Of a stretch of 64,000 bases of DNA, positions 39,469 to 51,959 are shown piece after piece (the stretch's first letter is position 1; the number at the start of each line of letters is the position of its first letter). The position numbers and the translations under genes were made by a program. The DNA comes from Lama glama. Taxonomy: Eukaryota. The notes beneath the pieces are model-generated. The model had not been told where the DNA came from. It made no database searches and saw only the letters and a program-made list of their open reading frames with translations. The stretch is taken from positions 86,182,001-86,246,000 of the forward strand of contig CM052816.1 of NCBI GenBank assembly GCA_028534125.1, in the 5' to 3' direction.

Positions 39469-42400
39469 TGTTCGGCCTAGAGTTCATTAACATCGACTAG
39501 TTTACAATTTATTCAATAGTTTTAATTTATTTATTCATTTGATCCTAAAGCTGTTTGTTTTCTTACTCATTTGTTTAAGTCTCTAGGCCTTTATTTCTTC
39601 ATTGTGTCTCTTCATTCATTCATCATTGGCCTTTTCTTGATTTAGCAACTCACAACATTCATAAAAAAAAGCATAGCTGTTCACAGAACATCGAATGTTG
39701 GAGAGATTCATTATGTTGACATTTTATAGTCTTTCCAATTATATTTTCTTCACTGGTTGTCCTCAAGTATCCTATTTATCTTTATAAGTACTTTTCTCAA
39801 CTTTACAGATGCTTTTCATCAGGAATCCATTTTTAGGCTTTATTAAAATCAGGCGTATACAATACTTCCCATTTTCAAATTGTGTAGTAATAATTCTTCT
39901 CTCTCTTATTGCTTATACCATTTAGCAAAACTGAGAAAGGGAAATGGCTTTGTTTAATATCTCATTGCAAATAAGCTTCAGTACTTTAGTTTAAAAATAC
40001 CTATCTTAGGCTAGGTATTCCTTTAATGAGTTAAAGTTTTAAAATACCACATATATATTCTCTTACTTTCATTGTTTTCTTCCTCCTTCATGTGATTATT
40101 TCTGTAACAACAGGAGAAATATTTATATTACATGTTAGAGCAGGCTGATGCTTGTTAGCACTACCAAAGGGGCTTGATAAAGAGTACTTTCTTCCCTGTT
40201 GAGGAAACAGAATAAAGCAGTCACAAATTAAGTGCACAATTTCATGTTAATAACTATAATTGCTGAGTTGGTGTTCAAGACTTACATAATCGGGCAAGTT
40301 CATTTCATAACATACAACTGCAGAATTGAGCACCCTTATATACACCCAGTGAAAACTTGGTTAAAGAGCAGTGAGAAAATGCTGTCACTCAAATCAAAAT
40401 CATCTTGAATGCTTCCTCCCCATATCAAAAGGAATTGAGAGGTGACCTGTGTATGTTCTGGTATACTCGAATGCGTCAATCACTAAGTCACCCACTCTCC
40501 ATGTTAGGGCTGAATCAGTTGTCTGAGAGAGGAAATAGCATTCCTCCTTACGGAAACCAGTAGTGGAAAAAAGGTGTTCATCAATGATTGTTTCCCAACT
40601 TTACATTCTGTTAAACCGCTAGGCTTCGGGATTGAGCCTATGGTTGAATAGCTACGTGGTTAACCTGCTTAGGGGTGGAGATGGCCAGTAGGAAGGCAGA
40701 TCTGGATCCATAATTATGAGGATGTTTCTGTTGCACTTTAGTGCACCTTCCTGGGACAATGTGAGACAGCCTGGATATTTGCCCCTAAAAATGTCTGAAA
40801 TATAAGAATAGTACAGTGACCATATTAACTCCAAAGCCATTGTCTTTCCAAGGCCAAAACTTTACTTGCTGTTCTACTTTTCTTCTCAAATTCTGTCCAG
40901 ATACACTTTCCATGAAAGCTTAATAGAAATTCTGCAATAATGGAAATTTTATGGTACTCTAAAAACCAGAAGGATAAAGTTAATCCAGTGATAAAAATGC
41001 CAGTAAATACTTACACTTTATTTGAATGTGTATCCTGCCCTAATATCACATACTATGGTGAAATTAAATTCTAAATGTTAAATCCTCTTTCAAATTAAAT
41101 CACAAAACAAAGGAAGAAAGTTTCAAATCAGTTTCTCTTGCATCTTGAATTACCATTCCAAAGAAATGGAAATGCACAATGTCTTCCTCATCTTTGCCCC
41201 ATCTCAGGTCTAGTATTCCTCAATGCATATTTTGAATCTAGTCTTTTCAGTATCCTTACATGGAGCTAACTCTTGCAGAAATATGAGTATTTCCTTAAGA
41301 GCCTTGAAAGTGTTTTATTTCCCTGTCAGTCACTGACATACCTCACTTTCAAAGTATCCAAGGAATTAGTAGGTCGCACAAGAGTATTACTACCCTGACC
41401 TTATATTTTCCACATCTAGCAATCCACAGGGAACACAGTCCCTAATCCAATTATCACAGATACAGTTTATGATGCCAGGAGCTAGCACTTAGTATTGCCT
41501 AAGGCTTAAGAATAAAATCACCTGAACACGAGGGGATGAGGAAAGAACAAGAAAATCTCAGTTTATGGTTCACCAAATTAACAGTCAGCGGATACACACG
41601 CTCTGTCCTGAATCCACATTCTGTGGCTTTTAAATTCAGTTGGTAGAAATTTCTAGCAGAAAAGTAATATTCACATGATACATGTACAATACCTCTGGTG
41701 ATATTTCCACCTATGCTTAATCTTGTAATTTCCATTTCCCTTTGAGCCCTGTTTCTAACACGACAGTACTAAATTTTGTGAAGTGACATAGCATCGCTCC
41801 TGGTTTTTGACTGGGTTGTTTAGTCCTGTGTGGCAGTGGTTTTCCTTAGGACTAAGAAAACTGCCTTGGGAAAGGTTTCTCTGTCATTTGTACTTAAGCA
41901 TTCAAGAGCAGTCACCTACAGATCTTGGGCTGAAAGATGGCATTTCAAGGTATGCAGAAGCAACCATCACACTCAAGGTCAGTGAGTGTCCTTATTTTCC
42001 TGCCTGGAGATTTCCTGAATGGAGGATACAATTCACGGCTGGTGATCTCAAACTTCTTAGCTAGCTTAGCACTAGCAGTTTATATCCGAAACCTTAGCAG
42101 CACACGCAGATCACATCAGAACGCAGCTGACTTGCAGGTGGAGAGCAGTTAACATTGATAAGCCCCCAGATGCCACTCCCAATGCACATAAGGCCCTCTG
42201 CCCTTTAGAATCCAGTGTCTGCCTCTCACGTGCATGCTTGAGAGTAGTTCTTTCTTGCTAAGCTGCAGGAACCTGTGTTCTGAGGCTGGCCACACCTACG
42301 GAAAAACCCATCAATTTGCTAGTTCATGTCTATTATACACCAGAAATGGATAAAGCCAGCAATATGGACCCTGGGATTAAACTCCCACCTTCAGTTAGCC

Positions 42401-42689
42401 TGACAGCTACAGTCTTGGTGGCCTGCTGTCCTGTGTTGAGGTCACATATTTCTGTGACTCTGCTTGTGTGCTCCCTTGTGGTCTTTGCTGAAGTGCAGGC
42501 TGCATAGGATTCAGCTTAGGTATCTAGCCTATAGCAAAAGCCCTTGTCTGTGGACTGAGCCGCAAGTCGCCACAGGTTTTTGGTTTGTGTTTTTTTGTCA
42601 TAGTCTTTTTCTAAAGTCAGAATCGCTTGTGACTGGCTTAAAATTCCATGCACAGTCCACGGACACTACAAACTAAACCAAAACTCATC

Positions 42690-42995
42690 AAATTATACAC
42701 TTAAGTAGGTGACTTTTAATGTAGGTAAATATAACCTTAATTTTTTTAAAAAATGATGCAGCAAAGCAAACAAGAATCAATCTATAGGGACAGGAAAAAA
42801 AATCAATTTTTGTCAGGGACTGGGAGTAGGGGGAAGCAATCACTGCAAACGGACATGAGGGAACTGTTGAGGGTGAGGGAAACGTTACATATCTTGAGTA
42901 TGGTGGCATCTGCAAGATTGTATGCACATTTAAAAGAATTCATAGACCTCTAAACTTAATGACAGAATTTACTGTAAGCTATACATCAGTAAACC
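42690..42995 (+). mobile_element. L1ME-type 3' end fragments
   Basis: aaaactcatcaaattatacacttaag; aaacgttacatatcttgagtatggtgg. Confidence 0.6.
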
Positions 42996-43467
42996 CAATT
43001 TTTTGTAATCAATTTTTTTTAACCTTGGAGTTAGTAGACCTTTGTAATGGTTCAGCTTTTTTTTTTCTTTCTTTCCTTTTTAAACTATATTAAGCTCAGT
43101 AGGTGTTTTTGTTCCTGCTCACTTTGAGAATCCCTGTCCATTTGTTGTGACTTTCAGCATCCCAGTGCGCTACCCTGTGAGCTGGCCTCGCTGTACATGT
43201 GTCTGGAAGTTATACCCTGCGTATAGGAATGTGATGAATCATGTCTAAATCAGCTGTCTCAAGCACAAAGTCAAGGGTTCAGTATCCCTCTGCCACTCCC
43301 CACACAGAGTCTCTGTTTTAGAGAAGCAGAGCTGGTAGAAGTCCCAACTCAAGTGCTTCCGAACACACTCCTGCAGCTCTTCCTGTGCTTTCCTACCTGT
43401 GCTACTTCCCGTGATTTACACTTCCGCAGATTTTATTCCTGCGGTTCTTTCCCTCTGCCTGAATACT

Positions 43468-44415
43468 CTGTATCAGTTAAGTTCAATCAGAAAAGCACAA
43501 CTCCTGGGAGACAGATACACACATATCTGGATTGGTTATCAGACTTGATCTTCAGAAATGCAGGGACTATTTAAGGCTGTTTCTTGTCTTTGCCTCTGAG
43601 GTTGTACCACGAAATTCACTCAGATGGTTTTAAAGTTCTTCTTAGATTGAATAACGTTTAACTAGATTTCTTCTGGACTCTAGGCCTCCAACCCCTATTT
43701 CTGCTTTCTTGCTTTCCTTCCTTCCTTCTTTCTTTCTTTCCTTCTTTCTCCTTTTCTGTCCTTTCTTTCCTTCCTTTCCTTTCTTTTTTGTTTTTGTTTC
43801 GTTTTACAACATTTGCTTTAGAAAACTTGCAATCCTAAATTCTTTATCTGTCTTTTGACAAATAAATCTTTTAAAAGCCTCCTGCAAGGTTTATAGCCCA
43901 GGAATCTCTTTCTCAAGGATCTGGGAACCTTGTCTTTGAAATGTAGTCATTAAGGAGACTAGGGCCCTATTTCCTAGTGTCTGAGGGATGATTAAACCTA
44001 AAGTCAGCCGCCACCCTGTTCCAAGTTGTAAAACTACCTCCTGTCATAAAGATAGCAGAAAATTTACTTTTCCACTGTGTAAAGCCAATTAGCAAACATA
44101 GATGGCCTACTGTCGTCTCTTCTCCCCACCTATTGCCTCAAATAAAGTCTTAACTTGCCTCTTAATTTTGTTCTGTGTAATTTTTGCCTTGACAAAGTCT
44201 ACAGGACAAGATACCAGGAGAGGAAGATGGGTGTAACGTGGGGGACAGCAAGATGAAGCTGGATCCCACCAACATGAACTTGAACCCCACGAAGACAGAC
44301 TCTTGGTTCTCCTTTAACAATATGGGTGTCCCACAGAAACAGGACCCTTTATCTTGAAATGAAAAATACACACCTGGTTGAGAGGTGAAGAAGCTGAAGG
44401 GAGATTTAAGGGAAT
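43468..44415 (-). mobile_element. MLT2F-like LTR, interrupted by an ERV1 LTR and cut at its right side by an L1 fragment
   Basis: tgtatcagttaagttcaatcagaaaagc at the left; aagtctacaggacaag...aagctggatcccaccaacatgaacttgaacccac...gaagctgaagggagat after the nested LTR. Confidence 0.65.
43603..44194 (+). mobile_element. ERV1 solo LTR (MER31-like) containing a TC-rich microsatellite (~43705-43800)
   Basis: TG...CA termini; aacatttgctttagaaaacttgc, ccaggaatctctttctcaaggatctgggaacc; AATAAA ~44141; flanks aggt/aagt. Confidence 0.75.
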
Positions 44416-44418
44416 TTG

Positions 44419-44817
44419 AGTTCATTAGTGTCCTCTTTTTTCTTTTTTTTAGATTCCACATATGAGTGATACCATGTGGTATTTTTCTTTCTCTTTCTGG
44501 CTTACGTTACTTATAATGACAACCTCTAGGTCCATCCATGTTGCTGTAAATGGCATTATTTTATTATTTTTAATGGCTGAGTAATATGCCATTGTATAAA
44601 TATACCACCATTTCTTTATCCAGTCACCTGTTGATGGACATTTAGGTTGCTTCTATGTGTTGGCTATTGTTTATAGTGTTGCTATAAACACTGGGGTGCG
44701 TGTATCTTTTCCAATTAGAGTTCCCTCCTAATACATGCCCAGGAGTAGCAGTTTTGGATCATATAGTAAGTCTATTTTTAGTTTTTTGAGGAATCTTCAT
44801 ACTGTTTTCCGTAATGA
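44419..44817 (-). mobile_element. Relatively young L1 fragment truncated at both ends
   Basis: tttttagattccacatatgagtgataccatgtggtatttttc...gaggaatcttcatactgttttccgtaatg; closely resembles 49420-49810. Confidence 0.9.
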
Positions 44818-46300
44818 TTCATTCTTTCAGAGAGGGCATGTGGATCATGAATTCTTTAATATTTGCATATCCTTAACATGTTTATTTCATGATTTTCTCT
44901 TGATGGCTTGGTTGACTAAGATTCCAGGCAAACAGTTTTTCATCTCCATGAAGATATTATTCCGTGATCTACTGATGTTATTTCTTTATGATGAGATCTC
45001 TGCTGTCATTATAGTATTCATACATTTTTAAATTGTCTATCGTGTGTCACTGACAGATCTTAAGATTTCTTATGCCTTTGACATCCTGTAGTTTGACTTT
45101 AAATTTTCTAAGTGAGCAATGTGGTGAGGTTGCACTCTCAGCCAAGACAAGCCGAAACTACATTTCCCAGTGCTCACTTTCCTGTGCTGTACTAGGTTAG
45201 GACTGGTTACAAGATAAATTTCAGTGCAATTTGGAAGGCAGTAAAGATAAAGACATTTTTGCTGCAAGAAAGCAGTGTATGGTACTAAGTCCTGTGTAGT
45301 TATAGATCTGCTAGCTCACCTTTTTGGCTTGGGCAGCACCCAGGCCCTCAGGGCTCTGCCTTCTATAGGCTCTCTGTTGGCTTGGGTCAAATGCTTATAA
45401 ATGTGCTGCTCCATGCTACCTTGTTCTGTAGGTCACCCGACTAATCCAGTGTAACCTTTTTTCTTGCTCCTTCACAATTGAGGTCTAGATCCTTTTCTTG
45501 ACCCCTACCCTTTCTGGCCCATAGCATTAAGCTCACACATAAAAACGGAGATTGTACGGATTTTTTAACCAGCTCCCACAAGGTATATATTCTAGTACCT
45601 ACAACAGGTCTCTTAATCTGTATCACTAACCATGGTTCTCTATGTTTGAATGAATCATGATAGATTTCTTATTTCTAATCCAGTCATTCATGCTATCTGG
45701 CAATTCATGTCTTTTTCAGTTGTGATATGTCAAGTATTGAGTGCTGGAATATTTTTCAGTCATTATTTTTCAGTCATTATATTTCAGTCATCAAAGTGTT
45801 GCTTCTGAAATATTCATATATTTATAGATTCTTCTCAAAGTTCTATGATGTAAACTTGTCATTTCTTCTCCATGCCTGTTAATAGTTTTTTTTTCATATT
45901 TTTATTTCTATTGCTTTGAACAGTATTATGATATAATTTCTCTAAACTAGCTTACAATAAATTAATTTATCTCTCTACTATTCTCAAATTAGGTTTTATC
46001 CCACATATTGAGGTATTTTTTTCTCTATCTTTATCATTTCAGATTATTTAATTGAGTTCTTTTTTTTCCTTTATAAAAGAAAAATCTTTTCATCTCATTT
46101 CTTCATTCTGGTTCATAATCTTTAAATTTTTTTCAGTATTTTTAATATGTCTTTTGTGAATTTGAAGATCTCCAACAGGCTTATTTGCAAATCATTTAAA
46201 CTGCTATATATATTTTTTCATTTCATCCAAAATTAATCCTTCGTTTTGTCAGTGCTCTTTTTTATCATGCATGGTTTTTAATTGTGTTAAAGTTTTTCAT
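44818..46300 (-). mobile_element. Very old L1 5'/ORF1 region with an inserted ERVL-type LTR (~45120-45664, + strand, LTR16/41-like)
   Basis: ttatgatgagatctctgctgtcat and tctggcaattcatgtctttttcagtt are antisense L1 ORF1-like; the insert carries aaactacatttcccag. Confidence 0.5.
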
Positions 46301-46927
46301 CCTCTTTCATCTTTACCGAGAGATTAATTTCTTTATATTTTTCTTTCTTTCTTTGTGTTCAGTTTGAGTGTCCAGTGATTTCTTCCATCCAGGACTACCA
46401 AGTCGGAAGATGTTCTCATGCTGGTGGTGCTGTCTTCTTGTCCCCCCAAAATTGTCAAGATATTTCATAGTTAATCCACTCAGCCAAGTTCTTTGCAACG
46501 AGTTACTGCCTATTTCATCTACCTAGTTATGGACCTTTATCAAATCTGTAGTGGAGGCAGTAGTCAGAGGATATATATTTTTTTTTCTTTTTTGAGCTGC
46601 ATTCTATAATCTGGGGTGCAACATTCTATTGCTTGATTTCAAATCATGACACTGGTTCCAGTCTATTGACTCACATAATTATAGTCTCCCTATTAGCCTG
46701 CATTAGCTAAATATTTGACTGCTTTTGTGTAGACAGCCTTTCTTAAGGTTATGTTTTATCATTAATCCATAGGTATATTGGTTTTTGATCTTAGATAAAT
46801 CTATTTAAATGTCTCTGTTAATATTTTATTTATTACTAGTACATTTTTTGGGTGCAAAGTTGAAGGAGATTAAAGTATAAGGGTACAATGCCGTCATGAT
46901 TAGGTTAAAAGCCTCATGTATACTATC

Positions 46928-47043
46928 CACCAGAGTTGGAAAACTTTTTCCTTAAACACTTTAGGGTTTGCAGATCACATACAGCCTGTATCATATATTC
47001 TTTTTCTCCCCAAAAGTTTTAAAATGTAAAAACACATTCTTAC
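46928..47043. mobile_element. MER58B-like fragment
   Basis: cagagttggaaaactttttcc...ttagggtttgcagatcacatacagcctgt...ttttaaaatgtaaaaacacattctta. Confidence 0.6.
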
Positions 47044-49155
47044 AGATATAGAATATAAACAAAGTAAGAAGATAACTTTATGTTTTTACATGCATAAATT
47101 TAGGACTATTAGGACTGAGATGGTGAGTTGACAAGTAAACAAGTATATATAGTACAATTTTTAACTGGAAAGACCAGAGTTACATTATGCTTAATCCTTG
47201 TTTTCCTCATTGATATGCCTTCATTTACATTTTTGCTTAATGATAATTCATATGTAAGTCAATGATTTTATTTTTTTCAGGAAATATTAGAGACAAACTA
47301 AGAATCAATCAAAATAATGGGCAACATTTGGTGTATATGGAGACATAAGTGTTGAATAAGGCAACTATTGTAAATCAAGTAAATGGCCAAGGGTTGAGCA
47401 AAATCACGCTGAGAAGAAGTGAGTTTGAGAGGAATCTTCTAAAAATTATGAGTATTCATCAGTTATGTTAAAGTACTTCTAAAGAAAAAGATGCCTTGGT
47501 TAAGGTCTCTGCGAGAGGAACAAACCTCAGTGTAAGTATTTAAGGTTGAGAATTTTTTTGCTGTGTCTTTCAAGAAGTAGCAGCAAAATCAACATCATCA
47601 GCAACTCTGAGTAGGAAAGTATTGCTGGAGAAAGACATTAAGCTATATGATGTGTAATTTGCAAACTACAAAGACACAGATAAAAGCCTCCTTTTGCTGA
47701 CTTGTTACCTCTCAGAGCCTGAAATTTGCAAGGATCTGAAATGGGGAGATGACAGGAATTTATTTTAGTCAAAATATTGTACTTCTATTAAAGCAAAACA
47801 ATTTTAAGTATTTTAATGAATGTTTCTTCTGTACCTAATGAGAATTATTACATAAGAAAATTTAAAAACTCTATTAGAAAAGTTACAAAATAGTATCAAA
47901 ATTTAATTTATAAAAGTAGACACACATTCAATAAACAGAAAAAAATATCTATGATATAATTTTTAGTTTATAAATGTCAGAAAATTTTTATGAAATTTAT
48001 AATAATAATCAGTAATCACTAAGTATTAAAATTGACTATAACAAGTGAACTGAATGCTTCAAAACCTTTTGTCAGAAACTTAATGCATCTTTTCTGGAGA
48101 AAAATTTTGGAAAATGCATCAAGAATCTTTAAAAAATAGAATTCTACCTCCAGCAATCTGTTATTTGGGTGTAATCAGCAATACAAAGAATAAACAACAA
48201 TTTGAATGAAGAATAGCCATTACAAAGTTACATATAATAACCAATAGCAAATAAAATCTTACTAATCTAAATGTTGGTACAATTTAATAATCCTATATAC
48301 TAAATAGGCTTTATCTTACAGAAATAAAATTTTTATTCATCTTTTAAACCCTGAGTAGTTATCACTACTACATGTATATTTCACATGTGACCTGACATCT
48401 GAAGAAATATTAATGGGTAGAGAAAGCTATTCATTGTGTCAGGGTGTGTCGGTGTTTGTCTATAAAATATCGTGTTTTTAGGAGTATGTCACAAAATTTT
48501 ATAGAATTGTTTTATGGAGTGAATAGTTAAATTTAACTCTGTTCTTTTATAATAGTGCATGGTACTGAAAGTTAGTTCTATGGATATATTTATTTAAAAA
48601 TGAAAAAATAGAAGTCTTGTGCCAGCCATAACCCCAAAATGCATTTAGAAAACACAGATAATGAATTTAATATTTTTACTTCCAAATCCTCCCTTACGAT
48701 GTATATTTATCATTTTTATTACTAGTGATTATTTTTAATTATGTAGAGAAAGTATATTTTTATTGATCAAGATTATTTTCTTTATAATAACTTGTGGCTG
48801 GTTGTTCTTTATTTCATGGATACATTTTGTGTGAATGTAGCATATGTATGTACTCATGCTATTGCATGTGTTAAAAAATAATAAAGTTCTAGATGATAGT
48901 CTTAATACTTAACATAATTTTGGATAGATGACTATAATGAATATCCTTAAATATAGATTTCTTCTTAATTTATAACATTATAAATGCTACTTTGACCTAT
49001 TGCTTTTTACAGAACATTTATTACAGCCCATACTGTGAACACATACAAATGAAATGCATTATTCATTCTTTTTTTTCAGTGTTATTTATTTTTTTATTAA
49101 CATATAGTCAGTTTGCAATGTTGTGTTAATTTCTGGTGTACAAACAGTGATTCAG

Positions 49156-49160
<5 letters not shown>

Positions 49161-49214
<54 letters not shown>
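49161..49214. repeat. (TA)n microsatellite in the L1 3'UTR
   Basis: Uninterrupted TA run of about 27 units. Confidence 0.97.
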
Positions 49215-49217
<3 letters not shown>

Positions 49218-50917
49218 CTTTTCATATTCTTTTTCTTTATAGGCTGTTACAAGCTCTTGAATATAGTTCCCTATGAAACAGTAGAACTTTGTTGTTTCTC
49301 TATTTTGTATATAATAGTTAGTATCTACCAATCCTGAGCTCCTAACTTAACCCTCCTCAGCCTCTTTCCTCCTGGTAACCATAACTTTGTTTTCTATGTC
49401 TGTGAGTCTGTCTCTTTTGTAAATAACTTCATATATATATAAATTTTTTTTAGATTCCACATATAAGTGATATATAGTATTTTTCTTTCTCTTTCTGGCT
49501 TCAGTTAGTATGACAATCTCCAGCTCCATCAGTGTTGCTACAAATGGCATTATTTTATTCTTTTTTATGACTGAGTAATATTTGATGATATATATACTGC
49601 AACTTTTTTATCCAGTCATCTGTTGATGGACATTTAGGTTGCTTCTGTGTCTTGGCTATTGTAAATAGTGTTCCTATGGACACTGGGGTGCATGTATCTT
49701 TTCAAATTAGAGTTTCCTCCATATATAAACCCAGGAGGGGGATTGCTAGATCATAGGGTAAGTCTATTTTTAGTTTTTTAAGGAATCTCCATAATGTTTT
49801 CCATAGTGGCTGCACCAAACTACATTCCCACCAACAGCGTAGAAGGATTCCCTTTTCTCCACACCCTCTCTAGCATTTATCAGTTGTGGACTTTTTCATG
49901 ATGGCCTTTCTGACTGGTATGAGGTGATACCTCACTGTAGTTTTGATTTGCACTTCTGTGATAATTAGCAATAATGAGCATTTTTTTCTTGTGCCTATTG
50001 GCCATTTGTATGTCTTCACTGGAGCAATGTTCATTGGAGAAATGTTGGTTTAGGGCTTCTGCCCATTTTCAGATTAGATTTTCTGTTTTGTTTTCTGTTA
50101 CTGAGTTGTAAGAGCTGTTTGCATATTATGGAAATTAAGCCCTTGTCAGTCACATTGTTTGCAAATATTTTCTTCCATTCCATTAATTGTCATTCATTTA
50201 TGGTTCCCTTTTCTATGCAAAAGCTTATAAATTTAATTAGGTCCCATTTGTTTATTTTTGCTTTATTTCTATTGCCTTGGTAGACTGTTTTAGGAGAGCA
50301 TTGCTACAATTTATATCAGAGAATGTTTTACCTATGTTCTCTTCAAGAAAGTTTATGGTATCTTGTCTTATGTTTAAGTTTTTAAGCCATTTTGAGTTTA
50401 TTTTTGTGTATAGTGTGAAGGAGTTTTCTAATTTCATTGATTTACGTGTGGCAGTCCAACTTCCTCAACACCATTTGTCGAAGAAACTGTCTTTTCTCCA
50501 TTGTATATTCTTGCCTCCTTTGTCAAAGATTAATTGACTGTAAGTATGTGGGTTTGTTTCTGGGCTCTCCATTCTGTTACATTGATCTATATGTCTCCTT
50601 CTGTGCCAGTACCAGTCTGTTTTAATTACTGTAGCTCTGTAGCATTGCCTGAAGTCTAGGAGTGTTATTCCTCCACTTTTATTCTTTTTCTTCAGTATTG
50701 CTTTGGCAATTGTGGGTCTTTTGTCATTCCATATAAATTTTAGGATTATTTGTTCTAGTTCTGTGAAAAAAAATGTCCTGGGAAACTTGATAGGGATCAC
50801 ATTAAATCTGTAAATTGTTTTGGGTAGTATGGCCATTTTAACAAAATTAATTCTTCTAATCCAAGAGCATGGGATATATTTCCCTTTCTTTAAATCATCT
50901 TTAGTTTCCTTAATGTT

Positions 50918-50956
50918 TTATTAGCATCATGCTCTAAACACCTGAGCTAACTGGCC
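50918..50956 (-). pseudogene. 5'-half tRNA-Ile(AAT) tailless retropseudogene
   Basis: Minus strand GGCCAGTTAGCTCAGGTGTTTAGAGCATGATGCTAATAA vs tRNA-Ile(AAT) GGCCGGTTAGCTCAGTTGGTTAGAGCGTGGTGCTAATAA (recalled); perfect 15-bp TSD tccttaatgttttat at 50907-50921 and 50963-50977. Confidence 0.88.
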
Positions 50957-51540
50957 AGCTTATCCTTAATGTTTTATAGTTCCTGTGTATAAGTCTTTCA
51001 CCTCCTTGGTCAGACATTTATTCCTAAGTATTGTATTTTTTTGATGCAATTTTAAAAGTTATTTTTAAAATTTTTTCTGATATTTCATTTTTATTGTAAA
51101 GAAATATAATCGATTTCTGTATGTTAATCTTATATCCTGCTACCTTGCTGAATTCGTTTATCAGCTCTCATTTTTTTTGTGAAGAGTCTTTAGGATTTTC
51201 TATGTATAGTATGTGTCATCTACATACAGTGACAATTTTACCTCTTTGTTTCCAATTTGGATGCCTTTTAATTATTTTTCTTGTCTAATTGCTATGGCTA
51301 GGACTTCCAATACTATGTTAAATAGAAGTGTTGAGAGTGGGCATCCTTGTCTTACTCCAGATTTTATAGGGAAGGCATTCAACTTTTCACCATTGAGTAT
51401 TAATGTTGGCTGTGGGTTTGTCATAAATAACTTTTGTTATATTGAGCTATGATGTTCTCTCTTTACCCACTTTGGTTACAGTTTTTATCATAAATGGGTG
51501 TTGAATTTTATCAAATGCTTTTTCTGCATCTATTGAGATG

Positions 51541-51871
51541 GGTAGTTTGGGTTTTCAGCTACCAAAGTCCCTGAGCAAGATAAAGAGCTGAGCTGTCCAA
51601 GCCTTCAGTTTTCTAAGGCAGGAAGGAGATAGGGCAGGGAAACATAAAAAAATTCCTCTGGTGCATTCTGAGTACTCACAGAGTGATAGAACATTCTGAA
51701 AAGTATAGGGTCAGATTTATAGGATTTAGAGACATTTCTTGAGGCTCAGAACACTGGTGACTGTAGGGGAAAGAGAATTCCCCATTCCCTAAAATTTATC
51801 AGTGGATGTCAACGAATACACAGTATCACACATGTGTATTCGTAGTATAGATAAATAGTTTGGATCTTCCA
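51541..51871 (-). mobile_element. Putative truncated 3' LTR of the ERV
   Basis: On the minus strand a polypurine tract (aagaggaggaaa) is followed immediately by TG at 51871, downstream of env; a TATAAA-like motif lies near 51720; cut by the L1 at 51540. Confidence 0.45.
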
Positions 51872-51959
51872 TTTCCTCCTCTTGGTTCCCTTCTTTTCTT
51901 TTTACTTCCCTTTCCTTCTGAAAAAATTTAATTATTAAGCCTCTGTGTAGGAGTAAGTC

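Larger units (their letters stand above)
49068..51540 (-). mobile_element. 5'-truncated L1 (~2.5 kb; RT C-terminal part to 3' end)
   Basis: ORF 50465-50836 ([17 protein letters not shown]...[23 protein letters not shown]) and ORF 50252-50437 are L1 ORF2p; 3' T-rich tail ~49068-49100. Confidence 0.96.

Noticed and set aside
45750..45792. Triple ttcagtcat repeat
   Set aside because: Short slippage repeat inside an old L1; no sign of function.
49113..49337. ORF with a YI repeat
   Set aside because: Translation of the (TA)n microsatellite.
50465..50836. ORF with clear protein homology
   Set aside because: It is an L1 ORF2p fragment in a truncated, frameshifted copy, not a host gene.
50918..50956. 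Functional tRNA gene
   Set aside because: Only the 5' half is present; there is no T-arm/B-box or 3' acceptor strand.
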